64,000 nt of DNA from a virus, in the IMG/VR virus record IMGVR_UViG_3300049182_000124; one strand, given 5' to 3'. The translations under genes were made by a program, and so were the position numbers. Shown piece after piece: positions 53,353 to 62,115 of the stretch (positions within the stretch are counted from its first letter, which is position 1; every line of letters begins with the position of its first letter). Under the pieces are notes generated by a model. That model was not told the DNA's origin and searched no databases. It was given only the letters and a program-made list of their open reading frames with translations.

Positions 53353-53881
53353 GGCTGCTGCTCCTTCGGGTCGGCTGGTGCTGACGCCGCCGACAACGCC
53401 TGCTCCGCTTGAAACGCGCGATGCAACAGGCGCCCATTCACGGTGCCTTGCATGATTTCACGGACAAGCGACGGTATCGTCTTCGCGGCCTGGCGCGTGC
53501 TGAGCGAATACAAACCGAGGTCCACCATCAGCGACTCCAGCGCATCGAGAGCGTCGTGAAGTTCCCAGCGGTGCTCGTACAGCAGGACCATCGCCTCTTG
53601 TCTCGACGACTCTCCGCCGTTGTCAGCGTTGTTTAGCGCATGCTGCAGTGGCCCAGATCTTAGATCGCTCACGGCTGCTGCTCCGTCGGCCCAGTGCGTG
53701 GGCTGGTAGTAGACATACATGCTGCCGCCAATCCAGTAGAGCCGCCCGCGGCGCGTGAGCACCTGGACGTTGCGCTCACCGTCGGCGTCGAGGATTCGCG
53801 TCAGCACGGGACGCCCCTCCGGCATGGTGGCGATCGGTTGCCAGTTCGGCTCGCTCACGGCTGCTCCTTCGGGTCGGCTGG
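53348..53881. repeat. three copies of a gene-junction motif GGAGCAGC(AGC)CGTGAG
   Basis: 53348-53378, 53666-53684, 53854-53881; outer copies share ctcacggctgct(gct)ccttcgggtcggctgg. Confidence 0.85.
53349..53858 (-). CDS. DUF551-like N-terminal module fused to a second hypothetical module
   Basis: WQPIATMP...PTHW, then internal SD+GTG at 53672 in frame. Confidence 0.65.
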   Translation of the reverse strand: MSEPNWQPIATMPEGRPVLTRILDADGERNVQVLTRRGRLYWIGGSMYVYYQPTHWADGAAAVSDLRSGPLQHALNNADNGGESSRQEAMVLLYEHRWELHDALDALESLMVDLGLYSLSTRQAAKTIPSLVREIMQGTVNGRLLHRAFQAEQALSAASAPADPKEQQP

Positions 53882-54490
53882 AGGCGGATTGGGTGGCAGC
53901 ATCTCCAGGACACCGCAAGCGTGGCGCGCAGCCTCAAGAATCGTTTTGAAGGTCTTCGGGCTTACTGGTTTGCCGAAGACGCTGAAGAAGTATTCGCCGC
54001 TCTCCGAGCCTCGATGCAGGACCGCACGGAGGCTGAATAGGGCGACTAGCATCTCGCTGTCCGACACAGCCTGCCCCGTCTCCCCAGCACGGCCGATGGC
54101 GGATGCGGCGCCCCTTGCCTCTGCGGCGGCGAAGGCTTGGGTAACTACGTGCACGTCAGCCGTGGACATCGGTAGTCGCTGGTGCTCGCCATCATGACCG
54201 GGCGCCAGCTGACACGCCCCGATGGTGGTCTGCCCGTCGCGAATCAGGTGTCCGCAGAGTAGGCCCATGTCCGCCTCGTGCCGCAGGCGACGCTCGTAGC
54301 CGGCTTGAAACCCCGCCTCGAAGCGCTCGCAGTCGCGCTTGGCCTGCGCAATGGCTTCCGACGTGAAGGCGTCGTCTGCGACTGTGGGAGCGGGGGCGGA
54401 TTCGGCGGGGGCTAGCAACTGCCGAGTCATAACCAGCGTCTCCAGCGGGGTCTCGTTGCCTTCGATGTCGTAGAACTTCAGGTCAGTCAT
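53855..54490 (-). CDS. hypothetical protein
   Basis: 211-aa coupled ORF; C-x-L-x-x-GH-x-G-x-H motif. Confidence 0.65.
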   Translation of the reverse strand: MTDLKFYDIEGNETPLETLVMTRQLLAPAESAPAPTVADDAFTSEAIAQAKRDCERFEAGFQAGYERRLRHEADMGLLCGHLIRDGQTTIGACQLAPGHDGEHQRLPMSTADVHVVTQAFAAAEARGAASAIGRAGETGQAVSDSEMLVALFSLRAVLHRGSESGEYFFSVFGKPVSPKTFKTILEAARHACGVLEMLPPNPPPADPKEQP

Positions 54491-54888
54491 TTGCCTTGCC
54501 CTTTTGGTGACCAGCCGAGTTCGCCGGTTTTCTCGTCGTATTCGGGATACCCAAGGTGCTCACCGAGCAACTCGCCAAGCTCTGGCAGCGCCTCGTTTAC
54601 GCGGTCCGACTGGCACCACGACTCAGCGCCACTGACGCGCTTCTCCAGCATCCAGGCGCGCAGGTCGGTCTCCATCGTTTCGAGCCGCTTTGCCTTCTCG
54701 AGCAGAGCTCGGAGAGCGTTGCGGCTGGCGCAAATAAATTGCGCATCCAGAGGCGCACCGAAAACGTCGCAGATAGGTGCCGCGCTCATGTCGTCGCGCC
54801 GATAGACGCGGCCCGGTGCTGTGCACCACGGCCCCGGCGTAGCTTCCGCCTCCAGCTTCGACAGGGCTTCGATATCGAGGTCAGTCAC
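54487..54888 (-). CDS. Ead/Ea22-like protein
   Basis: IEALSKLEAEATPGPW...DAQFICASRNAL..LL. Confidence 0.75.
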   Translation of the reverse strand: MTDLDIEALSKLEAEATPGPWCTAPGRVYRRDDMSAAPICDVFGAPLDAQFICASRNALRALLEKAKRLETMETDLRAWMLEKRVSGAESWCQSDRVNEALPELGELLGEHLGYPEYDEKTGELGWSPKGQGK

Positions 54889-55541
54889 GTCCCGACCCCC
54901 CGAAACGGGCTCGGTGTCCAGGAGTAGTCGGGCAGCACAGGGACCGACGGGAACTTCTTTAGGCCCTTCATGTGCACAGGGTCGGGGGACTGGTTCCGAG
55001 CTCGGCACCACTGCGCGTAACTGGCGCGCCAGTCCCAATCGGTGGAGCCGTTCACACCGAATCCGGCCACGTAGAGAGCCAAGCCCTTGGGGTAAAGATG
55101 GGTGTTGGTCTCGAACTGAATCCGAGGGATGGCATCTATCTGCACCTTCCCCCTCAGCAAGAGCTGGAACCAGTCAGCGTCGTGGCTCGAGGGGGCGAGC
55201 ATCACGGTCCAACGGGTGAGCCAGCGGCACTCGGCGAGCTTCTTGGCCCAGGGCTTGAGGTTAGAGAACGGAGGGTTACAGAAGGCCAATCGCACGTGGC
55301 GCTCCCGCTCGTGGAGGCCGGGGTTCTCGATGGCGAAGATACTGGACCAGTCGCTCTTCAGCGCGTTGTCACCCTTGGTCCAGTAGTCCGGAGCCTTCGC
55401 GTTCTCTGCCGTAGCCGCCAGGTCGAAGTCCACCGGCACCCCGAAGCGCTGCTCCAAAGCGTGGATGAAAGGCCAAGGCGTGGCGATGCTTTGCTTCACC
55501 TCGTCGCTGCGGGTGTTGGTGTTGATGATCGAACGGGTCAT
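54885..55541 (-). CDS. dam: phage DNA N6-adenine methyltransferase (Dam, lambda-like family)
   Basis: ATPW...FDLAA...DNAL..DW...FCNPPFS...WF. Confidence 0.85.
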   Translation of the reverse strand: MTRSIINTNTRSDEVKQSIATPWPFIHALEQRFGVPVDFDLAATAENAKAPDYWTKGDNALKSDWSSIFAIENPGLHERERHVRLAFCNPPFSNLKPWAKKLAECRWLTRWTVMLAPSSHDADWFQLLLRGKVQIDAIPRIQFETNTHLYPKGLALYVAGFGVNGSTDWDWRASYAQWCRARNQSPDPVHMKGLKKFPSVPVLPDYSWTPSPFRGVGT

Positions 55542-55750
55542 GGTGTCTTGGGCTCCAGGTTCAGCGAGGCCTGCCCGCCGGTGGGTGTTGCCGCCTCTGC
55601 GGGCGGAATGAACGCGCCGGCCTGCACGTCGCGACCCCAGAGGTGTGACCAGGCGGCTGCCTCGGCTTCGTTGGCGTGGATGGTGACGACGATGAAGCCC
55701 GGTCTATTCTCCGGCGCTTCGAGCGCGACCACTTTGCCGAGAGCGCTCAC
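55538..55750 (-). CDS. hypothetical protein
   Basis: 70 aa coupled; ends QASLNLEPKTP. Confidence 0.55.
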   Translation of the reverse strand: MSALGKVVALEAPENRPGFIVVTIHANEAEAAAWSHLWGRDVQAGAFIPPAEAATPTGGQASLNLEPKTP

Positions 55751-56097
55751 CGGTACACCCGTGCCCTTTGGTGGTCTCGATCCAGCATCGCCCGATCCTC
55801 CTCAAGCCCGAACAGCGTTTCGAATTGCGCGTACGTCCAGCCCACGGCGTCATTGCAGGTCGTGCAGCGCGCTCCGTACTTGGCCGTGTCGCGAGAGACG
55901 ATGATGCGCGGGCCGGTAGCGATCCGAAACTCGCTTTGCGGCTTGCGGCCGAGCGCCACCTCGCAGCCGGGGCAAGTGCCCTCGACCACGCCATAGAGCC
56001 CGTTTGGGCCCGGGGTGACGGTGCGGGTTTCGTTGTCGCTCTCTCGCTCGATGACGAGCCAGATGCGCTTGCAGCCGAGGTTGTGATCGCCGCTCAC
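55747..56097 (-). CDS. Zn-binding hypothetical protein
   Basis: TCPGC...ARCTTC. Confidence 0.7.
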   Translation of the reverse strand: MSGDHNLGCKRIWLVIERESDNETRTVTPGPNGLYGVVEGTCPGCEVALGRKPQSEFRIATGPRIIVSRDTAKYGARCTTCNDAVGWTYAQFETLFGLEEDRAMLDRDHQRARVYR

Positions 56098-56420
56098 GGC
56101 TGGCCTCCGCTGATGCCCGGTAGGCGTTGCTCAGCCAGGGACAGCGAGCTGAGCAGCTCTTTGATGGACTGGTCGCGCGCTTCGACCTGAAGCCGCGTGC
56201 CGGCGAGCTCGGCTTCGAGTGACTCGATGCGCTGCACCAGCCAGGCGATGGTTCCGCCTTGGAACAGCTTCCCGGCGACTGCGTCGCGCTTCAGGCTCTC
56301 GAAGTAGTGCGGCGTTCCCGGTGCCTCGGCGGCGTACCGAGGACAGGCTGTCCCGTGGTAGCCCAGGAGGCGGACGTAGTTGCCGTCACAAATGCAATCG
56401 GGGTGCTGAGGCGCGGTCAC
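56094..56420 (-). CDS. hypothetical protein with CxC/HxxxC and coiled coil
   Basis: GTGA coupling; HPDCIC...HGTAC. Confidence 0.65.
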   Translation of the reverse strand: MTAPQHPDCICDGNYVRLLGYHGTACPRYAAEAPGTPHYFESLKRDAVAGKLFQGGTIAWLVQRIESLEAELAGTRLQVEARDQSIKELLSSLSLAEQRLPGISGGQP

Positions 56421-56590
56421 TTCTTCGGCTCCTGGTGGTGGGCCGCGTGGGCCTCCGTCCACCGCGTGGTGAGCGTGAAGAGCTTCTCGGACAGGTAGCC
56501 AGCGGCGGCTTCCTGCGGCAGCTCGACGTAAAGGGTGGCGCCGCAGCTGCAGCGCAGGTCGAGCGTTATGTAGGGCTTCGGCTTGGCCAT
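56417..56590 (-). CDS. small CxC protein
   Basis: MAKPKPYITLDLRCSCGA... Confidence 0.55.
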   Translation of the reverse strand: MAKPKPYITLDLRCSCGATLYVELPQEAAAGYLSEKLFTLTTRWTEAHAAHHQEPKK

Positions 56591-56700
56591 CAGCGAACAC
56601 CTCCCGCCACGGCGCAAAGCACCGTCCAGTAGCCGGGAGTCGTGAGCCAGTCCGAAGTAGCTGTGAGCGGGGCGGCGCGGGTGGCCACAGGACCAGGTGC

Positions 56701-57078
56701 TCACGGCTTCACCGCCATCTTCGCGAGCGCTTCAGCCTGCAGTTCCGCGGGCGTCATGAACGCCAATCGCGCTAGCTCAGGCGGAGGCTCTTCGCCCCAA
56801 CGTTCCTGGTACGAGTGTCCGCAATTCAGCATCAAGTCCGGCGTCTCGTCGCCAAGCGTGCCGGCTGCTCGCATCCTCTCTGTCAGAGCGTCATACAGTG
56901 CCTCACAACGGAGGCACCGCTTTACGTACTCCGTCGTCCCCTCGTACAGTGTGAAATGGGTCGCGTAGATGTGCCCTCTCTGGATCGGCTCATCGCAGCA
57001 GTCGCACTTGTGTTCCTTGCGAGCTCGCTGCTTCTTGCGCGTCCAGATGTCGCACATCCCGTCGCAATCGACGCTCAC
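56701..57078 (-). CDS. conserved phage Zn-binding protein
   Basis: RARKEHKCDCC...KRCLRC. Confidence 0.75.
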   Translation of the reverse strand: MSVDCDGMCDIWTRKKQRARKEHKCDCCDEPIQRGHIYATHFTLYEGTTEYVKRCLRCEALYDALTERMRAAGTLGDETPDLMLNCGHSYQERWGEEPPPELARLAFMTPAELQAEALAKMAVKP

Positions 57079-57359
57079 GGCGGAAACCCCATGCGGCGGT
57101 TGGTCTCCTCCGCCACGGCGGGGTCGATTGAGATGCCGATGTCTGTGGCCCGGTAGCCCGGGAACATGGCTTCCAGCTCGCGTTGCTTGTGCTCCCACTC
57201 CGTGACGATCTGCGCCATGAACTCGTCGACCGTGAAGAGGCGCTTCTCGATGAGCAGGGCGGTGAGCGCGTTCACTTCGACGCGCAGCATCAGGATCGCG
57301 TCGGCGCGGTCGCGGTGTGCTTTGACGCCCGGCGTGTCGGCGCTGCGCGTCCCGATCAT
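57075..57359 (-). CDS. hypothetical protein
   Basis: 94 aa; LRVEVNALTALLIEKRLFT. Confidence 0.7.
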   Translation of the reverse strand: MIGTRSADTPGVKAHRDRADAILMLRVEVNALTALLIEKRLFTVDEFMAQIVTEWEHKQRELEAMFPGYRATDIGISIDPAVAEETNRRMGFPP

Positions 57360-57411
57360 GTCGCCGCCTCGTAGGCTGCGCGGATGCCTTCGCTGTTCTG
57401 CTTATCGTTCA

Positions 57412-57594
57412 TCAGAATTCACTCCCCGCGCCCGTGGCGCGCAAGTCGTTGATCAAGTCGTGGATGAGCTGGTGCTCGTGGTCCTTCAGTCGCTTGTCGC
57501 CGGCCCAGGCCTCGACCTCTTGGAGGAAGGCCTCGCGACCCGGCGCCGCGGCGCGAACTCGGCGCGGCGCAGCGGGGCGGCCAGGCTCCGGCAC
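57412..57594 (-). pseudogene. orphan C-terminal gene fragment joined out of frame to the Dam remnant
   Basis: Protein-like REAFLQEVEAW...HDLINDLR, no clear RBS; begins at the Dam breakpoint. Confidence 0.45.
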
Positions 57595-57598
57595 GGCG

Positions 57599-57847
57599 GG
57601 CGAAGGCGAGCTTAGTGGCGCCCAGGTTCGACCAGTCCTGCTTCAGAGCGTCTTCGCCGAAGGCGGAGCCGGGACCAAACCACGCTGACGTGCGCACCTT
57701 CTTGTTGTCATCGGTGGCACAGAGATCGAAGTCCACTGGCGTCCCGAACCGCTGCTCCAGCGCGTGGATGAGGGCCCACGGGGTCGCGATGCTCTGCTTC
57801 GCCTCGTTGCCGCGAGTTGAGGTGTTGATGATGGAGCGCTTGCTCAT
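57599..57847 (-). pseudogene. truncated second Dam methyltransferase
   Basis: SIIN...KQSIATPW.LIHALEQRFG.PVDFDL matches 54885-55541; similarity ends at KLAFA, just before NPP. Confidence 0.8.
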
Positions 57848-58179
57848 TCCGCCGCCGTCCCTTCATCCACCCGCACCACACCCAGCTCCCGCCAAGCCTT
57901 CTCGCTTGCTCGGTACGCGACAGCATTTCCGCCCGCGCTCCCGGCGCGCTCTAGCCAACCATCCCGGACGAGTCGGGACGGCATGGACGTGTCGTCGACC
58001 TGAGTGATGTCCGCGATCGCCTCGCGCGTCGGGTAGCCGCCCTCGGCGATCTCGCAGGACATGACCGCGACGACGACCGCGAGCTCGTGCGGGGCGAGGC
58101 CGGTGGCGCGGCGCGTGGGCGACATGCGACCGAAGCGGGAGGCGCCGATGGGGCTGGAGGGTGGGAGGCGGGCGGTCAT
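57844..58179 (-). CDS. winged-helix DNA-binding protein (LexA-N-like)
   Basis: GYPTREAIADI...SRLVRDGWLER. Confidence 0.65.
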   Translation of the reverse strand: MTARLPPSSPIGASRFGRMSPTRRATGLAPHELAVVVAVMSCEIAEGGYPTREAIADITQVDDTSMPSRLVRDGWLERAGSAGGNAVAYRASEKAWRELGVVRVDEGTAAE

Positions 58180-58553
58180 TCGGTCACCACCACCACGACG
58201 CCCTTGTCCGGCGCCATCTCCTGTAACTCCCGCATTGGGTCGCGGCTTTCCCACTCAGCCAGCGGAGCCACCGGCAGCGTTTCCCCGAACCGAGCGACTT
58301 GTGCCGACAGCCACGCGGGGATCGTTTCGCCGTTGAGCTGCGTGTCGGGCTCGACCAGCTTGGCAAGCTGCGGGTGCTGCGCGAGCAGCGCCGGTTTGCA
58401 AGCATCGGCTGCGCGCGGCAGCTGGTGCGTGAACAGGTTGTCACCCGTCATGAAGTTCAGAATGTCGTAGACGCCGTCCATGTGACGGGTCGACACGAGG
58501 CGACCGTCCGTGATCGTGATGATGTCGCTGATGTGAAAGTGTCTCGTGGGCAT
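58176..58553 (-). CDS. conserved phage hypothetical protein
   Basis: FHISDIITITDGRLVS..HMDGVYDILNFMTGDNLFTHQLPRA; GGAGGAG RBS. Confidence 0.8.
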   Translation of the reverse strand: MPTRHFHISDIITITDGRLVSTRHMDGVYDILNFMTGDNLFTHQLPRAADACKPALLAQHPQLAKLVEPDTQLNGETIPAWLSAQVARFGETLPVAPLAEWESRDPMRELQEMAPDKGVVVVVTE

Positions 58554-58717
58554 CGTTCTCTCCTCCAAACTCCGAAGTGGGAAAACGCTCAGCGTGCGGA
58601 TCGCCAACCGTTCGCCCACTTCGAAGCCCAACCTTGCGGTTGGATCGAAGCCTGGAATCTCCGCGCATCCAGGAGCGCCTGTTCCGCCGACCGCAGCAGA
58701 CGGGCGGCGGTGGAGTC

Positions 58718-58969
58718 TTATTCGGAGTCGGGCCCGCTTTCCTCGGTGCTCATCGCGCGAGCTGCGGCCACAACAGCGGCCCGGGACGACGGGTCGAGCC
58801 CATCGAGAAGCGCCTCCCGCTTCGCCTCGTATTTCTCGCGAATTGCCTGCGGGCTCTGCGCGAGATCGCGCTCCTCGTCCGCATTGAGCGCCGCGAGCTT
58901 TTCGATGGCGCGGCCGATGATTACGCCGGTGGAGAGTTGGCGGGGTCTGGGTTTGGACTTGTCGCTCAT
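58718..58969 (-). CDS. helical hypothetical protein
   Basis: 83-aa GC3-rich ORF. Confidence 0.65.
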   Translation of the reverse strand: MSDKSKPRPRQLSTGVIIGRAIEKLAALNADEERDLAQSPQAIREKYEAKREALLDGLDPSSRAAVVAAARAMSTEESGPDSE

Positions 58970-58976
58970 TCGTCTC

Positions 58977-59444
58977 TCAAAAGTTGAATTCGTCTGGGTT
59001 CACGTCTTCGTTTGATTGCTGCTGCGGTTGCGGTCGCCGCTGCCCACCCTGGCGCGGGTATACGGTCGGCTTCGTCGTGGGCGACTTGGCCACCACTTCG
59101 TCCTCGCCGCGGGTGCCACCCCAACACTCAGACGGGAACAGCTCGCGCCAGGCGATCCACTTGTCGAGGTGACCGACGCGCTTTTTGTCTTGGTCGGCGT
59201 ACTGACCGCCGCCATTTGCGCCTTGCTGGTAGCGGTTGCGCCACCAGATCAGCCCCTCGAGCGAGTGCTCGCTGGCCCAGCTGTTCCCGCCTGACCTGTA
59301 GATCGCCATGTCGTAGCGCGGCGGCTTCGGGATCGCGGGCGCCTCCTGGGCGAGCAGAGCCCGGCTGGTCTCTTCGTCGAGGGCATCGAAGAGCAGCCGG
59401 ATCTGCAGCGCTTGCGGGAGCGCCATGAACTGCTCGCGCGTCAT
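58977..59444 (-). CDS. putative ssDNA-binding/recombination accessory protein
   Basis: Directly after RecT; Q/G-rich linker and acidic-aromatic tail EDVNPDEFNF. Confidence 0.5.
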   Translation of the reverse strand: MTREQFMALPQALQIRLLFDALDEETSRALLAQEAPAIPKPPRYDMAIYRSGGNSWASEHSLEGLIWWRNRYQQGANGGGQYADQDKKRVGHLDKWIAWRELFPSECWGGTRGEDEVVAKSPTTKPTVYPRQGGQRRPQPQQQSNEDVNPDEFNF

Positions 59445-59447
59445 GGG

Positions 59448-60284
59448 TCAGTTCTGGGGATCGCCGTCCGTGGCTTCGCCAGTCGTGTCGATGCCCTGCT
59501 TCTCCATGGCCTCGGTCACCATCGGGTCCATGGCGGCCATGATCGACGTGCCGTTCTCCGCCGCTTCTTCGATGGCTACCCCGCGCGCCAAGATGGCCTC
59601 CTTCTCGGTCTGCTTGGGGATCCACTTGAAGTGCGCGCGGACAGCTGTCTTCTGGCACATCGCCTCGTAATCGGTGATCCACGGGCCGTCGTCGGCAGAA
59701 GCCGAGCGCTTCCGGCGCGCTTCGATCTGGAGTCTCGTCAGCACCGTGAAGGACTTGCGACCGTCCGGCGTCTTGGCCACGCAATAGGCGTGCGTGATCG
59801 GCTTCGTCTCCCGATCCTCAGCCTCGCTGGGAACGTGGTGAATGTCCGGATTCAGGCCGAGCTGGTAATGGAAGTCGTCACCGTCCCGGACCACGTAGGC
59901 GTAAATGGTCGTGCCGGCGCGGCCGCCGAGCTCGATCATGCCCAGGTAACCGAGCTGCAGCGTGCACTCGACCTTGTTGGTTTTGTTGTTCTTGCGCGGG
60001 ATCAGGTAGGCGTGACCGAGCGGGGTGTTCGGCTCGAGCCCGAGCACGGCGCAGCTCAGCACGCAGCCGATGAAGCTGGCCGGCGTGCACTCAGCGAGCT
60101 TCGGCGTCATGCGGATCGCCGTGGTGACGATGCGCGCCATTCGCTGACCCGTCATGTGCTTGGGCAGCGCGCGAGCCAGGTCTGGAGTCATCTTGGTGAC
60201 GATCGCGGCCATCTTGTCGGCTGCGGATTGAGTCTCTACACGGGGCTGGATTTGCCCCGACTTGTCGGCGGCTGGTGCGGGCAT
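59448..60284 (-). CDS. recT: RecT/Bet-like ssDNA annealing protein
   Basis: KLAECTPASF...LGLEPN..LGHAYLIP, LQLGYLG, PWITDYEAMCQKT. Confidence 0.95.
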   Translation of the reverse strand: MPAPAADKSGQIQPRVETQSAADKMAAIVTKMTPDLARALPKHMTGQRMARIVTTAIRMTPKLAECTPASFIGCVLSCAVLGLEPNTPLGHAYLIPRKNNKTNKVECTLQLGYLGMIELGGRAGTTIYAYVVRDGDDFHYQLGLNPDIHHVPSEAEDRETKPITHAYCVAKTPDGRKSFTVLTRLQIEARRKRSASADDGPWITDYEAMCQKTAVRAHFKWIPKQTEKEAILARGVAIEEAAENGTSIMAAMDPMVTEAMEKQGIDTTGEATDGDPQN

Positions 60285-60302
60285 TGTGGGATCTCCCTTT
60301 GG

Positions 60303-61253
60303 CTATTGTTTGGTTGGGTGAAAACGAAGGACACGAAACGTACTCTCCGAAACTTGATGGGCGCGCGTGGTTTGAGTGCGCCATGAAACGGCCTCGCCGG
60401 ATGACCAGAGGCCGCGTTCCGCTTCTCCGAGCGTCGCCTTCAACTGCGACTCAGCGTGACGGATCTTCTTTTCGATCTCGGACTTCTCGTCCTTCAGTCG
60501 CCGCCAGTCGTAGACGGTGTCCAGGAGGACCGCCGGCATCACGACCACGGCTCCATTGTCCTTCGGGTAGAGGCGAGCTAGCGCCTCCTTCGTGGCCGCC
60601 GAGTCATCCGGCGCGGGCGGGTCACGGTCGAGTAGCCGCTGCCAGAAGCGCGAGCCGTGATAGATGATCTTGCGAATCATCTCCTCGTCGCGTGGCACGT
60701 CGCACCAGAGCAACCGATTGCCACCGAGGCAGAGAGCGCTCGTCGCCTTGCTGGCGCCCGTCACCAGGCACTGCTGCTGCAGTTGGCAGTAGTAGTAGTC
60801 CGGCGGACCATTGAGCCAGTCCTCCGCCATAAACGAGCTCACGTTTTTGATCTCGAGCGGGCGCCGCGGGCTGTTGTCGTTTTCGGCCGTCCAAAAGTCC
60901 AGGCTGCAAAGCGCCCACGGGTGCTCGACGCTGCGCAGCACTTGGAAGCGCCCACGGCGACCGCGCTCGATGTGGCGGCCCGTCTTGGCTGCGTACTGCG
61001 CCGCGATCACGGGCTCCATGATGTGACCCCACTCGATCGCCTCGACGTCGGACAGATCTTCGGGTTCCAGCGCGCCCGACTTCTCGAGGAAGACCTTCAG
61101 CGGGCTTGAGCGGTGAGCGACGCCGGGGAGGCCCATAATCCCGCCTATCTCTGATGCCCCGAGACCCGTGTTGCGATACGCAAGCCACTCTTGCTCGTCG
61201 TCGGTGTCCACGACAATCGAGTAAGGGAGCCCGGTTTGCTGCGCTGCGCTCAC
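60303..61253 (-). CDS. YqaJ-like viral recombination exonuclease
   Basis: EWLAYRNTGLGASE, EWGHIMEP, CSLDF, LEIK, YYCQLQQQ. Confidence 0.93.
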   Translation of the reverse strand: MSAAQQTGLPYSIVVDTDDEQEWLAYRNTGLGASEIGGIMGLPGVAHRSSPLKVFLEKSGALEPEDLSDVEAIEWGHIMEPVIAAQYAAKTGRHIERGRRGRFQVLRSVEHPWALCSLDFWTAENDNSPRRPLEIKNVSSFMAEDWLNGPPDYYYCQLQQQCLVTGASKATSALCLGGNRLLWCDVPRDEEMIRKIIYHGSRFWQRLLDRDPPAPDDSAATKEALARLYPKDNGAVVVMPAVLLDTVYDWRRLKDEKSEIEKKIRHAESQLKATLGEAERGLWSSGEAVSWRTQTTRAHQVSESTFRVLRFHPTKQ

Positions 61254-61906
61254 GGTGCCACCTGCTCTCTCGGCGGCTGCGTGCTGAGCCACCCCATGAA
61301 TCTGATCCACTCCTCGCACTCGACGCGACGCTGCCAGCCGAGCGCCTGCCCGAGCGTGTAGCCGGCGGGAAACTCGACCCTGGCTAGCTTGTAGAAGAGT
61401 TGCCCGGCGGCGCGGGCATCGGGGCCGGCCCCATGGGCACCGATCAGCTCGATACCGTGCCGCTTGCACGTGGCTTCTAGCCGGTGCCGACCGGCTCCCT
61501 TCGCGAAGCGGTCGACCTTGCGCACGAGAGACAGGCAATCCAGCCAGGGCCAGGTCCAATCCTCTCCGAACGGCGGCACGAAGTTCTTGTCAAAAGGCGC
61601 GTTGTACGCCGCTGGCTGCGCGCCTTCGAGCAACTCTTGGACGTCGGCTCGCGCCATGAACGACTCGATCGAAGGGGCATCCTTGACCGAGAGATCCGTG
61701 ATGCCGTGAATTGCAGTTGCTTCTGTAGGGATGGGAATCCCCGGATTGATGAAGTCTTCCGCCATGCCGACTTGGGCGCCGCGCTCGAAGCGGACCACCG
61801 CGATCTGGCAGCACCGATCCTTGCCGACCTTGGTGCCGGTTGTCTCGGTGTCGATCCACGCCGTGGGAACAGACTCCCACGGTTCATTGAAGAACTTGAT
61901 CATCAA
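61250..61906 (-). CDS. DEDDh 3'-5' exonuclease (DnaQ-like)
   Basis: IDTETTG, AIHGIT, AYNAPFD, AHGAGPDA. Confidence 0.93.
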   Translation of the reverse strand: MMIKFFNEPWESVPTAWIDTETTGTKVGKDRCCQIAVVRFERGAQVGMAEDFINPGIPIPTEATAIHGITDLSVKDAPSIESFMARADVQELLEGAQPAAYNAPFDKNFVPPFGEDWTWPWLDCLSLVRKVDRFAKGAGRHRLEATCKRHGIELIGAHGAGPDARAAGQLFYKLARVEFPAGYTLGQALGWQRRVECEEWIRFMGWLSTQPPREQVAP

Positions 61907-62115
61907 TCCCCCCGCTCCCCCGCCTCACGAGCGGCAATCATTGCATCGGCCTGCTCGTAAGCCATCGCGGCAAGGTCATCCGGCCGACCAGCGACGTCAC
62001 TGGCCGAAGCGAGCAGCCCTTGCATCGATGCCATGGCGAACCGATCCCTCAACGTCGGCATGTCCAGTTCGGCCGCCAGAGTGGCCGCGAGGTATTCGAT
62101 GTCTGCTTGGTCCAT
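61903..62115 (-). CDS. conserved phage small protein
   Basis: LRDRFAMASMQGLL...AYEQADAMIAAR. Confidence 0.8.
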   Translation of the reverse strand: MDQADIEYLAATLAAELDMPTLRDRFAMASMQGLLASASDVAGRPDDLAAMAYEQADAMIAAREAGERGD

